DNA of 35,102 nt from Candidatus Hodarchaeota archaeon (lineage in GTDB: Archaea > Asgardarchaeota > Heimdallarchaeia > Hodarchaeales > Hodarchaeaceae). Position numbers and translations under genes: made by a program. The notes under the pieces were generated by a model. The model did no database searches, was not told the origin of the DNA, and worked only from the letters and a program-made list of their open reading frames with translations. Below, in pieces: positions 9,122-18,292 of this stretch (its first letter is position 1; each line of letters opens with the position of its first letter). The stretch spans positions 1 through 35,102 of the forward strand of contig JAHQWW010000027.1 of the NCBI GenBank assembly GCA_029856365.1, given 5' to 3'.

Positions 9122-11824
9122 CTAGGAAGACAACTCTTTAGTTACTACAGTTAAATCGAGTTTAACACCGTAGTAGAACGCAGGAAGTTGTGAAATCAGT
9201 ACCACACCAAGTACTCCAACCCAAATCATTAACCAAGTCATAGGGAGAAGGATGATTTCAAAATAGAACAACCGAAGAATATTATCTAAAATCCAGCTTG
9301 CAATCCAGAGACCAACGGGAATTCCAAGAAGAATACCTAGTATAGCCTGAATGAGATTTTCTATAGTTAAAATAGTTAGAAACTCGCTGTCTGAGAAACC
9401 AAGAGTCATCATTGTTGCAATTTCACGTTGACGCTCCTGAAAGTTCACGTAAATGGTTGTAAAGATAGCAGTCCCAGCCAAAACACATGCAAACACTAAG
9501 AATACTGCAATAATGGCATTGAACGCTGCCATCAATATGTTTACCGATTGATGAAAATCATACCCAAACTCGACCGATCTTATTCCCTCTAATGGTATAA
9601 TTGAGTTTTTGATTTCCTCTAACAATGTAATATTTGAGGGTTGGATTACTTTCAGAATTAATTGTGAGCTAGGTGTTAAATCAATGTCTAATCCTGTTTT
9701 GAATATATCTATACCCATCTCTCTTGTGATGGTTGGAAGAGTAGTATAAACCATGCTTCCCCAAATTTCCTTGGAGATTCCTGAAACAGCGATTGAGGGG
9801 TTACTGAAACTAATATCACTCCCGCTTCGAGAAAAAGAGATACTCTCCGTGTTTCGTTTTAATAGATCTTTTAAATAATCAAGTGTTTGATTTCTTGCGA
9901 ACTCGGTACCATTCAGAAAAGCAGATTCTTTCCATAATTCTTCAGCTTTTCTGTAAGCGATGTCTATATAATTTCTGAGAAAGGGTAAGCTATAGGAAAT
10001 CTCTTCCCCAACGTTTATATCGAACTGATGGGCTAAAGCAGAACAAATAACCATGCTATCGTTTGGCCATAGCGTATCTTGCGAGGAAGACCAATGAAAT
10101 TTATGAGTAGCAGGAGTTGAATTGTTCCACGCTGTGATTAAGACTCCTTGTGATTTTTCTCCCATTCTAATTGACGAAGGTAATTGTAGTACGGGTTCAA
10201 CAGCTAGAACTCCTAATAAATGCTGAATATAAGTTACATCCTCCTTCACTCCCAGATCAAAATAATTTAATCCGTCATACTTGATTATCAAATCATACTG
10301 AGAGGTTTTATTAAACTGACAATCCACAGCAGTCGTGACAGAGTCAATAAAGGTAAAAGAAACAATGATAATCAAAACTGCCGCAGCAATAGCAGTTATT
10401 GTAGCAAAAGTCCTGATTTTTTTTCTAAAAAGATTTCGTAATGGTAAAGCGAAACGCAATTTGACGGGTTTAATGAAGATTATTTTCTCTAGAAAAACAT
10501 GTGAACCTTTTTCAATAACCATGGTTTGAAGAGCATTACGGGGGGTTAATCGGCTAGCACGCCAAGCAGGAATAGCTCCGCTTAGAAGACTTACCCCCAA
10601 ACCAGCTATTAAGGCGATAATTACGAGATGTAATTGGATTTGTATCTCAATTATTTGAGGAAATCTCATAAAGTATGAATAAATCCATGTAACCGCACCT
10701 GAGATAATTATTCCAAAACTGATACCCATTATACTTCCTATTCCCCCAATCAATAAGGTAAAACAAATATAGTGTAAAAGAATATCATTAGGCAGATAAC
10801 CTAAACAGGATGCAATTCCAATATTCCGTTTTTGGCTTTGGACTGTTCTACCCAAAGTAATATAAATTGCAACGGACGCAACTCCTAGAACAAGAATTGG
10901 GAGGATTAAAGCTACTTCTTCAAATGTTTCTAGGTCGAGGTGAAGGGCTAAATTTGAAACCTGATGTTCTTGCATTACGGGCTCTGCAAATACCCCATCA
11001 GTGAATGTATCAAGTAATTCAGTCAGTTCTTCAATTATCACATTGCGTGTTGTTGCAGCAACGTCTGAGGTCATTTTAATGATTAGATTATTTGCTAATC
11101 CAGTAAGGTTTGAGTATGTTTGCAGTCTCTCAATAGGGAGATAAATCACTCCAAAAACGCTTGTGGGAAGAAAATCATGTTTCGAAGGAATGATAACGAG
11201 ATATTCAGGGCTGAAAACAACACCCTGAACAAAAAAATCGTACTTTTGGTCTAGGATTTTTGTTGAAAGAGTATCTCCCTTTTTAATCTCGAATTTCGAG
11301 GCGAAATGGGCTTCTAATAAAATAAAATTATTCTGAGTAAAAGATTCGGAATAGGAACCACTTACAAAAATTAAGTCATTGGTTCGATTATCTTTGGATT
11401 GAGGCCACTTAATTCCAATCGCCCGACCATTTGCTAAGAATTGGCGATAAGAACCTCCCTGTGAGGTATTGACCTTATAACTTGTTCCCACAATCAATCG
11501 AAAATTGATTGCTTGGATTTCTTCATTATATTTTAATGTGAAATTGTCTAGTATATTTTCTAGTTCTGTGGTATTAAACCACGTATCACTATGGGTGGAA
11601 AATTCTGCGTCCGCGAAATTGGTTTGGCGATAAATGCGTTTATAAGATGAATAAAGGTTTTCATAACCCATAGTTAAAGCTAGAAACGAACCAGTTCCAA
11701 AGAAACAAAGTAAGATTAATGCAAATGTTAAAAGTTTCTGACGAGTAATATCTCTTCTAAGCTTCTTGAGCCAGATGCGGGTTAAAAATTTCATTTTAAG
11801 CGTCCTTAATCGTTGCTTTACCAA
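9122..11824 (-). CDS. ABC transporter permease, FtsX/MacB-like with two repeats
   Basis: Two extracytoplasmic domains each followed by TM triplets; QKRNIGIASCLGY and ERQREIATMMTLG FtsX motifs. Confidence 0.9.
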   Translation of the reverse strand: MVKQRLRTLKMKFLTRIWLKKLRRDITRQKLLTFALILLCFFGTGSFLALTMGYENLYSSYKRIYRQTNFADAEFSTHSDTWFNTTELENILDNFTLKYNEEIQAINFRLIVGTSYKVNTSQGGSYRQFLANGRAIGIKWPQSKDNRTNDLIFVSGSYSESFTQNNFILLEAHFASKFEIKKGDTLSTKILDQKYDFFVQGVVFSPEYLVIIPSKHDFLPTSVFGVIYLPIERLQTYSNLTGLANNLIIKMTSDVAATTRNVIIEELTELLDTFTDGVFAEPVMQEHQVSNLALHLDLETFEEVALILPILVLGVASVAIYITLGRTVQSQKRNIGIASCLGYLPNDILLHYICFTLLIGGIGSIMGISFGIIISGAVTWIYSYFMRFPQIIEIQIQLHLVIIALIAGLGVSLLSGAIPAWRASRLTPRNALQTMVIEKGSHVFLEKIIFIKPVKLRFALPLRNLFRKKIRTFATITAIAAAVLIIIVSFTFIDSVTTAVDCQFNKTSQYDLIIKYDGLNYFDLGVKEDVTYIQHLLGVLAVEPVLQLPSSIRMGEKSQGVLITAWNNSTPATHKFHWSSSQDTLWPNDSMVICSALAHQFDINVGEEISYSLPFLRNYIDIAYRKAEELWKESAFLNGTEFARNQTLDYLKDLLKRNTESISFSRSGSDISFSNPSIAVSGISKEIWGSMVYTTLPTITREMGIDIFKTGLDIDLTPSSQLILKVIQPSNITLLEEIKNSIIPLEGIRSVEFGYDFHQSVNILMAAFNAIIAVFLVFACVLAGTAIFTTIYVNFQERQREIATMMTLGFSDSEFLTILTIENLIQAILGILLGIPVGLWIASWILDNILRLFYFEIILLPMTWLMIWVGVLGVVLISQLPAFYYGVKLDLTVVTKELSS

Positions 11825-12558
11825 AAAAGATTATTCACATTTTCTGGTTCTCGCTGTTCAAAATAACTCACTTGCCCCATTTGCATGGTCAAGACCAGAT
11901 CAGCTATTTTGGAGATCTGTCGGTTATGAGTCGCTAGTACGAAAGTTTTTTCGGCATCTTCATTAAGTTCCTTCATTAACGAGAGTATGTAGACTCCAGT
12001 ACGATAATCAAGATTACCTGTGGGTTCATCAGCCACAATAATTGGTGGATCTTTTGCTAGTGCTCGGGCAATGGCTACCCGCTGTTGTTCGCCCCCACTC
12101 AATTGTGATGGGAAATGATTAGCACGATCTTTTAATCCGACCTTATCTAACCACTTAAAAGCGACTTCACGGATATTTTTTTTCTTAAATATTCGTGATC
12201 CATTTGCAGTAGGAACACCAACCAAATCCAAAGCGAACTCTATGTTTTCTAAGGCGGTTAAAGTGGGTAAAAGGTTGAAAAATTGAAAAATAAAACCTAT
12301 TTTCAGTCTACGGAACTGAGCTCTTTGTTTCCGATTGAGAAAGGTGATGTCAACATTTTCAATACGAATTTTTCCTGATGTGGGAAAATCAATTGCAGAA
12401 ATCAAGTTTAAGAGAGTTGTTTTCCCAGAACCAGATGGTCCAAGTAAAACCACAAATATTCCTGGTTCAATGTCAAGTGTTATATTTTGAAGGGCATCTA
12501 CAGTCACTTCACCCATTTGATACCGTTTAGTTACTTCTTGAAACGAGATTTGAGGCAA
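11818..12558 (-). CDS. ABC transporter ATP-binding protein (LolD/MacB-like)
   Basis: [36 protein letters not shown]. Confidence 0.95.
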   Translation of the reverse strand: MPQISFQEVTKRYQMGEVTVDALQNITLDIEPGIFVVLLGPSGSGKTTLLNLISAIDFPTSGKIRIENVDITFLNRKQRAQFRRLKIGFIFQFFNLLPTLTALENIEFALDLVGVPTANGSRIFKKKNIREVAFKWLDKVGLKDRANHFPSQLSGGEQQRVAIARALAKDPPIIVADEPTGNLDYRTGVYILSLMKELNEDAEKTFVLATHNRQISKIADLVLTMQMGQVSYFEQREPENVNNLFW

Positions 12559-12666
12559 TGGATCCGAGTCCTGATTTTGTTGAAACTTGTAAGACTGAAT
12601 TACTACTATGACATTTAAAAACTATACTATTCTTGTACCTAATTAAATTGCTTAGAGTGATGGTAT

Positions 12667-12840
12667 TTGCGAAAGATTAAGTCATTTAATTTACAGGTTA
12701 ATGAGGAGAAAATTCCTGCAAAAAGATTTGTACAACAATTCATCGGAAATTCATTAGTAGGTATGGTTGAAACACTTCATTTAAAGGATCAATCCGTTCA
12801 AAAAATAGATCTTACAATTGAATTTGACGAAGAAAAATAA
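12667..12840 (+). CDS. Small protein (57 aa) resembling the C-terminal domain of MobB-type proteins
   Basis: TTG start after GAGTGA; MRKIKSFNLQVNEEKIPAKRFVQQFIGNSLVGMVETLHLKDQSVQKIDLTIEFDEEK*; below the ORF-track size cutoff. Confidence 0.7.
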   Translation: MRKIKSFNLQVNEEKIPAKRFVQQFIGNSLVGMVETLHLKDQSVQKIDLTIEFDEEK

Positions 12841-12961
12841 ATAATATCAAATTTCCTTTTTTCTTCATTGTATTTCTCAATTATTCTTCAGCAGATTATT
12901 CCTAAATGATTCCTGCTTTTAGAGCTAAATTTATGAATTTTAGCTGATAAAGTTCTGATTC

Positions 12962-13360
12962 TTAATATCCTTGTGTATTTCGTCTTTGGTACTGTCTAGG
13001 CCTTTGGTGGGGATTCTCTTTTACAAAAATTGCTAAAATGATATATAAAACTACTCCTGATAGGTAAAAAACCGCGAAAAAGATAAAGGCGAGTCTGACA
13101 AGAATGGGATCAATGTTGAAGTATTCTCCCAAGCCGCCACACACCCCTGCTATCCACCGATCCTCTCTGCTACGATAAAATCGTTTGGGTTGAGTCGATG
13201 TGCGGGGTCTGTACTTTGTCGTTATTACAGTTTCAGGGGTCTATGACATCGTTCCAGCTCCAACCCATGTTTTTGATTTGTCTAATTGCGAACCACAGTT
13301 ATTACAAAATATATCGTCTTCTTTCACTACCTCTCCGCACTTATCACAATACTTTACCAT
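12962..13360 (-). pseudogene. pspC: Zinc-ribbon + PspC domain protein with an in-frame TAG
   Basis: MVKYCDKCG...FCNNCGSQL...TMS*TPE...RFYRSREDRWIAGVCGGLGEYFNIDPILVR; TAG at 13241-13243. Confidence 0.85.
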
Positions 13361-13676
13361 TAATTTTCACCATAAAAATACTTTAGGATCCTAAGTTTTC
13401 AAGTTATGATTACTAGCAGTAATAGAATTAATATTTATAAATTTGAATGAGGGGGTATAGGAGAAGTCCCATGTGGATTTTGAATGTTGAGCTCTGATTC
13501 CTATAAGGCTTCAATTATAGGATTATGCAGTAATCCGAATCTTAGTGATAAAGGAGTTATTTTAGGAGCTGAAACCTTTATTTGATAATAAAAAGGCTGT
13601 TAACAAGGAAACTCTGCTATTTTTTACTTCCATCACACAGCCTAGTGATTTAAAAGCAGTAGTTCCCTTAAAAAAA

Positions 13677-15059
13677 TTGATTCAACATACCAAGGATGAA
13701 AATCGTCAATATCTATGGAAATCATTTACAGAAAGGAATCTGGAATGCTTTAAATTATTATATCAAGAGAAAGGTTCTCTTAAGGAAGTCTATTATGTTG
13801 ACCTTGAAACTCCTGTCTTATTTTATCCTGTTTTTAGAGACTCTATCCCTTCCAATACCGCTTACGCGTTTTTATCCATAGTAAAAAATATAAAATCAAA
13901 TTTATTGTATTCTTATAGCCAAGAAATAGAAAGTCTGTTTCTTTGGATTAATACAGAAAAAAAAATGGGTAATATATCGTTTCACACTTTTAAATTAGAA
14001 GACCAAGACATCAAATCCCTACAAAAATCGGGAACTCCTAAATCCAAGAGGAAAGAAGATGGCCAAGGAGACTTAGATAAATTCCTTAGCCAAGGTTTTA
14101 TGCGAAAAACGGACTTAAAAAAGATAGCAAATCATCATAATTCGATTGAAACTGAATCAGAAACGATTATTCTTCAAAATGGTAAGAAAAGGATCCCTGT
14201 TGGCAAGAGAAGTTTGAAGAATCGTTTGAACTTATTAACTGGAAGAGAATGGATAAAATTCTCAAAAACTTGGTTTATTCATCGACCTCCATCTCGTAAA
14301 AAAGAAGAAATATTACATCCAGCTAAATTTCCTGAGACCCTAATTCGTCAATTCATAACCTTTTTCACAAAACCCAGGGAAGTAGTACTGGATCCATTTC
14401 TTGGCACTGGTAGTACTTTAATTGCTGCAAAACAGAGCAATAGGAGTGGTGTAGGAGTAGAACTCTCTCCTGAATATACTGAAATTAGTGAGCAGCGTTT
14501 AGAGAAGATAAACATCCAAGCCTATCCCCCATTATATCAAACTGATCAATCGAGTTTTTGGCAGGTGATTTGTGGGGATTCACGAAATCTTCTCAATTAT
14601 TGGGAAGAATTTAAATTACCTACTGTTGATTTTTGCCTAACAAGTCCCCCCTATTGGTGTCAACTTGAACGAAATGAAATTCGACAAAAAAAGCGGAAAG
14701 AAATGGGATTAGATACGAAATATAGTAACGATGACCCAAGAGATCTCAGTAACCTCAGAGATTATAATAATTTTCTTGATGAACAACAAAAGATTTTTGG
14801 GAAAGTTTACGAACTTTTACGTCCTAAGGGATATTTGGTAATCATCACAAATAATGTTTTTGCAAATAAGAGGGTCTATCCATTAGCTTATGATACAGCA
14901 CTCCGTTTGACTCAAGATAAAGAACATTCATGGATTCTAAAGGATGAAAAGATCTGGTTACAGGATGATAAATCTTTGATTGCATTAGGAGTAAATTATG
15001 CATGGGTGGGAAACCGCTGTCATCAATATTGTCATATTTTTCGGAAAGAAAGAGCCTGA
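13677..15059 (+). CDS. Orphan DNA methyltransferase (N4-cytosine/N6-adenine; SAM motif precedes SPPY) with an unknown N-terminal extension
   Basis: HPAKFP, VLDPFLGTGST, GVELS, GDSR, TSPPYW; upstream frame 13473-13676 reads protein-like but has three stops. Confidence 0.88.
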   Translation: MIQHTKDENRQYLWKSFTERNLECFKLLYQEKGSLKEVYYVDLETPVLFYPVFRDSIPSNTAYAFLSIVKNIKSNLLYSYSQEIESLFLWINTEKKMGNISFHTFKLEDQDIKSLQKSGTPKSKRKEDGQGDLDKFLSQGFMRKTDLKKIANHHNSIETESETIILQNGKKRIPVGKRSLKNRLNLLTGREWIKFSKTWFIHRPPSRKKEEILHPAKFPETLIRQFITFFTKPREVVLDPFLGTGSTLIAAKQSNRSGVGVELSPEYTEISEQRLEKINIQAYPPLYQTDQSSFWQVICGDSRNLLNYWEEFKLPTVDFCLTSPPYWCQLERNEIRQKKRKEMGLDTKYSNDDPRDLSNLRDYNNFLDEQQKIFGKVYELLRPKGYLVIITNNVFANKRVYPLAYDTALRLTQDKEHSWILKDEKIWLQDDKSLIALGVNYAWVGNRCHQYCHIFRKERA

Positions 15060-15200
15060 TCATTTCACTCTACCAAAGTGAATTTTTATCAATTTTGTAG
15101 GGCGCAAAAATATTGGATAACAGAGTTATATCAAAATTATCATATGTATAACTATCAGGTTTTAAGCTTTTGAGTCTCTTTGTTTTAAAATTCAAATAAA

Positions 15201-15422
15201 TTGCTTGCTAATGTTGAAGATATCTTGAATTTCGAAAAAGAGATCAATAAGAAGGCAGAGCTGACTAGATGGCGAAATACAGGTTGGGAACATCTATTTA
15301 TATTTGAGGAAGAAGGATTAGATGAATCTGGAGATCTGATAAAACAAATAATGGTAACTATCAAGGATAACAAACCTGAAGGAAAGTTTACGCTCTTTGA
15401 TCCCATTGAAGAACTGTTCTAG
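15201..15422 (+). pseudogene. C-terminal fragment of an unknown protein (copy 1)
   Basis: ELTRWRNTGWEHLFIFEEEGLD...GKFTLFDPIEELF*; homologous to 17451-17615. Confidence 0.55.
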
Positions 15423-15496
15423 GCCTTGGGAAAAGGAAAGCACATAATACTGATGAAACTGTTTTTTCTAAGTTTTGGAAAGCTTGAAGTGCATAT

Positions 15497-17287
15497 TTAT
15501 AGATTGTAACCTCGATTGGATAGAATGACTGAATTCTTTCTTTTTAGTGTCTCAAAGAAGGAAAAACTGATCATAGATGTAGATAAAGTGAGTAGTAGTA
15601 GAATATATGTCTGATCTAGTCCAATAGTAAGAAATAGGGGTAGGAACCAAAGACCCCAAATCAGGATTAATTGAAGATTTGTTTGTATGATACTTCTTAT
15701 CCATCTAGCTTGAGAGAATTCTTTTACACCAATAGTCTTTTTTTCGGTAGCTGCAAGAATAAAAAGAAGTATGGCTGCTATTAAAGGATATGTGATCACT
15801 AACACCAGCCAATCCACATTTGGAACAATGTTTAGGAAATCCAAACAGATATAGAAAAGTTCAATTAGAACTGGTAGAGTGAGAAAGGCAAGAAGACTCC
15901 ATTTTGTTGATTTTCCAAGGGCTATTCCTCTTTTAACTAGCCGAACAACCTCCCCTCTACTTGTGGTTGAAGATAGGAGAAAAGCGATAAAAAAGACGCC
16001 TAACACGCTAGCAGACAAAAATAAATGATAATATTCATAAAAAGGTGGAAAAGGTAAAGGCTTAAGCGAAAACCATTCCCCCTTTCGGTTCCAATAGATC
16101 ATCGGGAAACTCAAGAAAGACCAGATTAAAGCTAGAATTAAGATTACATGAATATTGAATCCCTTGAGAGGGAGACTATTCTTTGTACTATCAATTTTTT
16201 GTCTCTCTTCTTCTCGGGATTGCGTGGGAGGTGTATTTTTGGTTTCCTTTAGTTTTTGAAAGGATTTCTTACCTAAGACAAACATCATTGCTATTATGAG
16301 AAGAAAATCAAGAATACCAGTTCCAATAAGAAGAATGATGTCAGCAAAAAACTCACGAACCATATAAGGATATGCATTATATTCTTTATACGCGTTCTCT
16401 ACTGTTTCTTGAGTAAAAAAGTCAACAATTCTATACGAATGTCTACCTTTCGCTAACTCTTCTTCTAAATTTAATTTAACTACTTCTTTAAATTGATGGA
16501 AGAAATAGAGGTAAATATCCCCATTCGTTACATCAAAGATGTTCGAATAGATTGTGTTGATGTTCGCTCCTTCAAAATGTACTGCTTTTAAAACTGAGGT
16601 AATGGATTTGATCGTTAGATCATCATTCTTCACAATATCATTGAGCTTCTCCTCCGCAGCCCTATATCTTTCTATTGGATCAGATCCAGGATTACCACGG
16701 AACGGATCGTCCACATAGTAATTTGTGGCTAATTGATAGCTATCATTGGTACGAAAAACTGCTAACTCTCCGTCTTCGCCAATATTATAAACAACAGATT
16801 CACCTGTTTTATCAACAAAGAATGTTTGGATCTTTCCCTCAACAGAATAGATGGAATGTTGATTCATAGACTCAATAACTTCATCTATTGTCCCACAATT
16901 AAATATTTGGGGAATTAAAAGAGGAGATCTCTCATTATGGAGATTGGGTGCAGTATAAGGGACAAATGTAGAGTCAAAAGCTAATCCTTGATCGTTTATC
17001 CCACCCTGAACCCAACTATACCCGCTTCCATTGGCATAGCCTACAATTGCTGTCCCATGCTCGATTGTTGCCCCATCATACCAAACTTGTCCGATAGGGA
17101 TGAATGTAATATAAGTCTCAGAAAATTGCGTATAAGTTTGATCTTCACTATTACCAAAATAAACGGTTTGATCATCTTTTATCTTAAAATTTGTACATGC
17201 TGATACATTAGTTGTACCTGATTCACTGATTATATTAAACCAGAGAAAGCTGAGAATAACTGTGAAAATTATACAATTTTTTCTCAT
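15497..17287 (-). CDS. Secreted Ntn-hydrolase (C45/choloylglycine hydrolase-like) fused to a multi-TM C-terminus
   Basis: Signal peptide, SA|CT nucleophile, GNSED, GGINDQGLAFD, ATNY, TIYSNIFD..GDIYLY; ~7 TM helices follow. Confidence 0.85.
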   Translation of the reverse strand: MRKNCIIFTVILSFLWFNIISESGTTNVSACTNFKIKDDQTVYFGNSEDQTYTQFSETYITFIPIGQVWYDGATIEHGTAIVGYANGSGYSWVQGGINDQGLAFDSTFVPYTAPNLHNERSPLLIPQIFNCGTIDEVIESMNQHSIYSVEGKIQTFFVDKTGESVVYNIGEDGELAVFRTNDSYQLATNYYVDDPFRGNPGSDPIERYRAAEEKLNDIVKNDDLTIKSITSVLKAVHFEGANINTIYSNIFDVTNGDIYLYFFHQFKEVVKLNLEEELAKGRHSYRIVDFFTQETVENAYKEYNAYPYMVREFFADIILLIGTGILDFLLIIAMMFVLGKKSFQKLKETKNTPPTQSREEERQKIDSTKNSLPLKGFNIHVILILALIWSFLSFPMIYWNRKGEWFSLKPLPFPPFYEYYHLFLSASVLGVFFIAFLLSSTTSRGEVVRLVKRGIALGKSTKWSLLAFLTLPVLIELFYICLDFLNIVPNVDWLVLVITYPLIAAILLFILAATEKKTIGVKEFSQARWIRSIIQTNLQLILIWGLWFLPLFLTIGLDQTYILLLLTLSTSMISFSFFETLKRKNSVILSNRGYNL

Positions 17288-17450
17288 GTAATCACCACAA
17301 ATCCTTTTCTTAGAATATGTTGATTATTCACTGTATTGATGATATTTATTAACAAGGATTTAGTTCGAGGCAAAGGATATTAGTTAATTTACTTTTTAAA
17401 CTTTCAACTCGATCCGTTGGGGATTTTGATCTGTCAAAAATGGAATATGG

Positions 17451-17615
17451 AAACTCACAGGTTGGTATCATGTCGGATGGGAACATATCTCAATTTTTAA
17501 AGAAGAAGGACTCGACAACGTATCAGGTCTTGTGAGGAGAATAATGGAAGACATAAGTGAAAGCGAACCAGCGGATAAATTTTCCCTCTTCAAACGAGTC
17601 GAAGAGTTATTTTAA
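17451..17615 (+). pseudogene. C-terminal fragment of an unknown protein (copy 2)
   Basis: Manual translation KLTGWYHVGWEHISIFKEEGLDNVSGLVRRIMEDISESEPADKFSLFKRVEELF*; in-frame TGA at 17427 and no start codon. Confidence 0.55.
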
Positions 17616-17638
17616 TAAAACTTTGCTTTTAAAATGAT

Positions 17639-18292
17639 TTAAAAATATCTTTCGTAAATTAAAATCGGGAATGATCTTTCGGGAGGGTGTTGTTGAGTCA
17701 ATTTAGTAAATCCTTTTGATTCTAGATTACCTGTGAGAAAAATTGGCATTATCCCAAAAGGTAAATCAATTTCATGTTTTTCAAAAAAATCATTTGTTAA
17801 TACTACTTCATAAAATCGATGAATCTCTTGAAACTGGATTTGTTTCAACCAGGATATTATCCCAGGATCTTCACGAACCCAAATTTCGATTCGGTGAACG
17901 TCATAATTCTTTTGAACCAATTCCATTCCTTTTTCAATTAATTTTGTTCCTATACCTTTCCTTCGATGCAGCGAAAGTACCCCAATGACTGCAACCATAC
18001 CGCTGCGTTCATTTTCATCAAAACAAAATTGGCCTGATTCTTGTTCGATTTCAATGTCTAAAATCCCAACAATTTTATCATCGAGAATTCCCACTAATTC
18101 AACACTTGGACTTTCATAACGAGGTTTCGCTTTGACTAGTTCATCAAAATAAATAGAATCTAAATAAGAAAGTGAATGGCATTCTATCCAGGCCTCCTCA
18201 TCTGAGGGGTAATATTGACCAATTTTTGCCACCAATGTGAACACCAAATTTTCAAATTTTTGTTTTCTTCTCATTAATTTCTTGGATTTCAA
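17639..18292 (-). CDS. GNAT family N-acetyltransferase (true start probably ~18235-18244)
   Basis: KIVGILDIE, HRRKGIGTKL acetyl-CoA loop, IEIWVRED. Confidence 0.88.
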   Translation of the reverse strand: MKSKKLMRRKQKFENLVFTLVAKIGQYYPSDEEAWIECHSLSYLDSIYFDELVKAKPRYESPSVELVGILDDKIVGILDIEIEQESGQFCFDENERSGMVAVIGVLSLHRRKGIGTKLIEKGMELVQKNYDVHRIEIWVREDPGIISWLKQIQFQEIHRFYEVVLTNDFFEKHEIDLPFGIMPIFLTGNLESKGFTKLTQQHPPERSFPILIYERYF

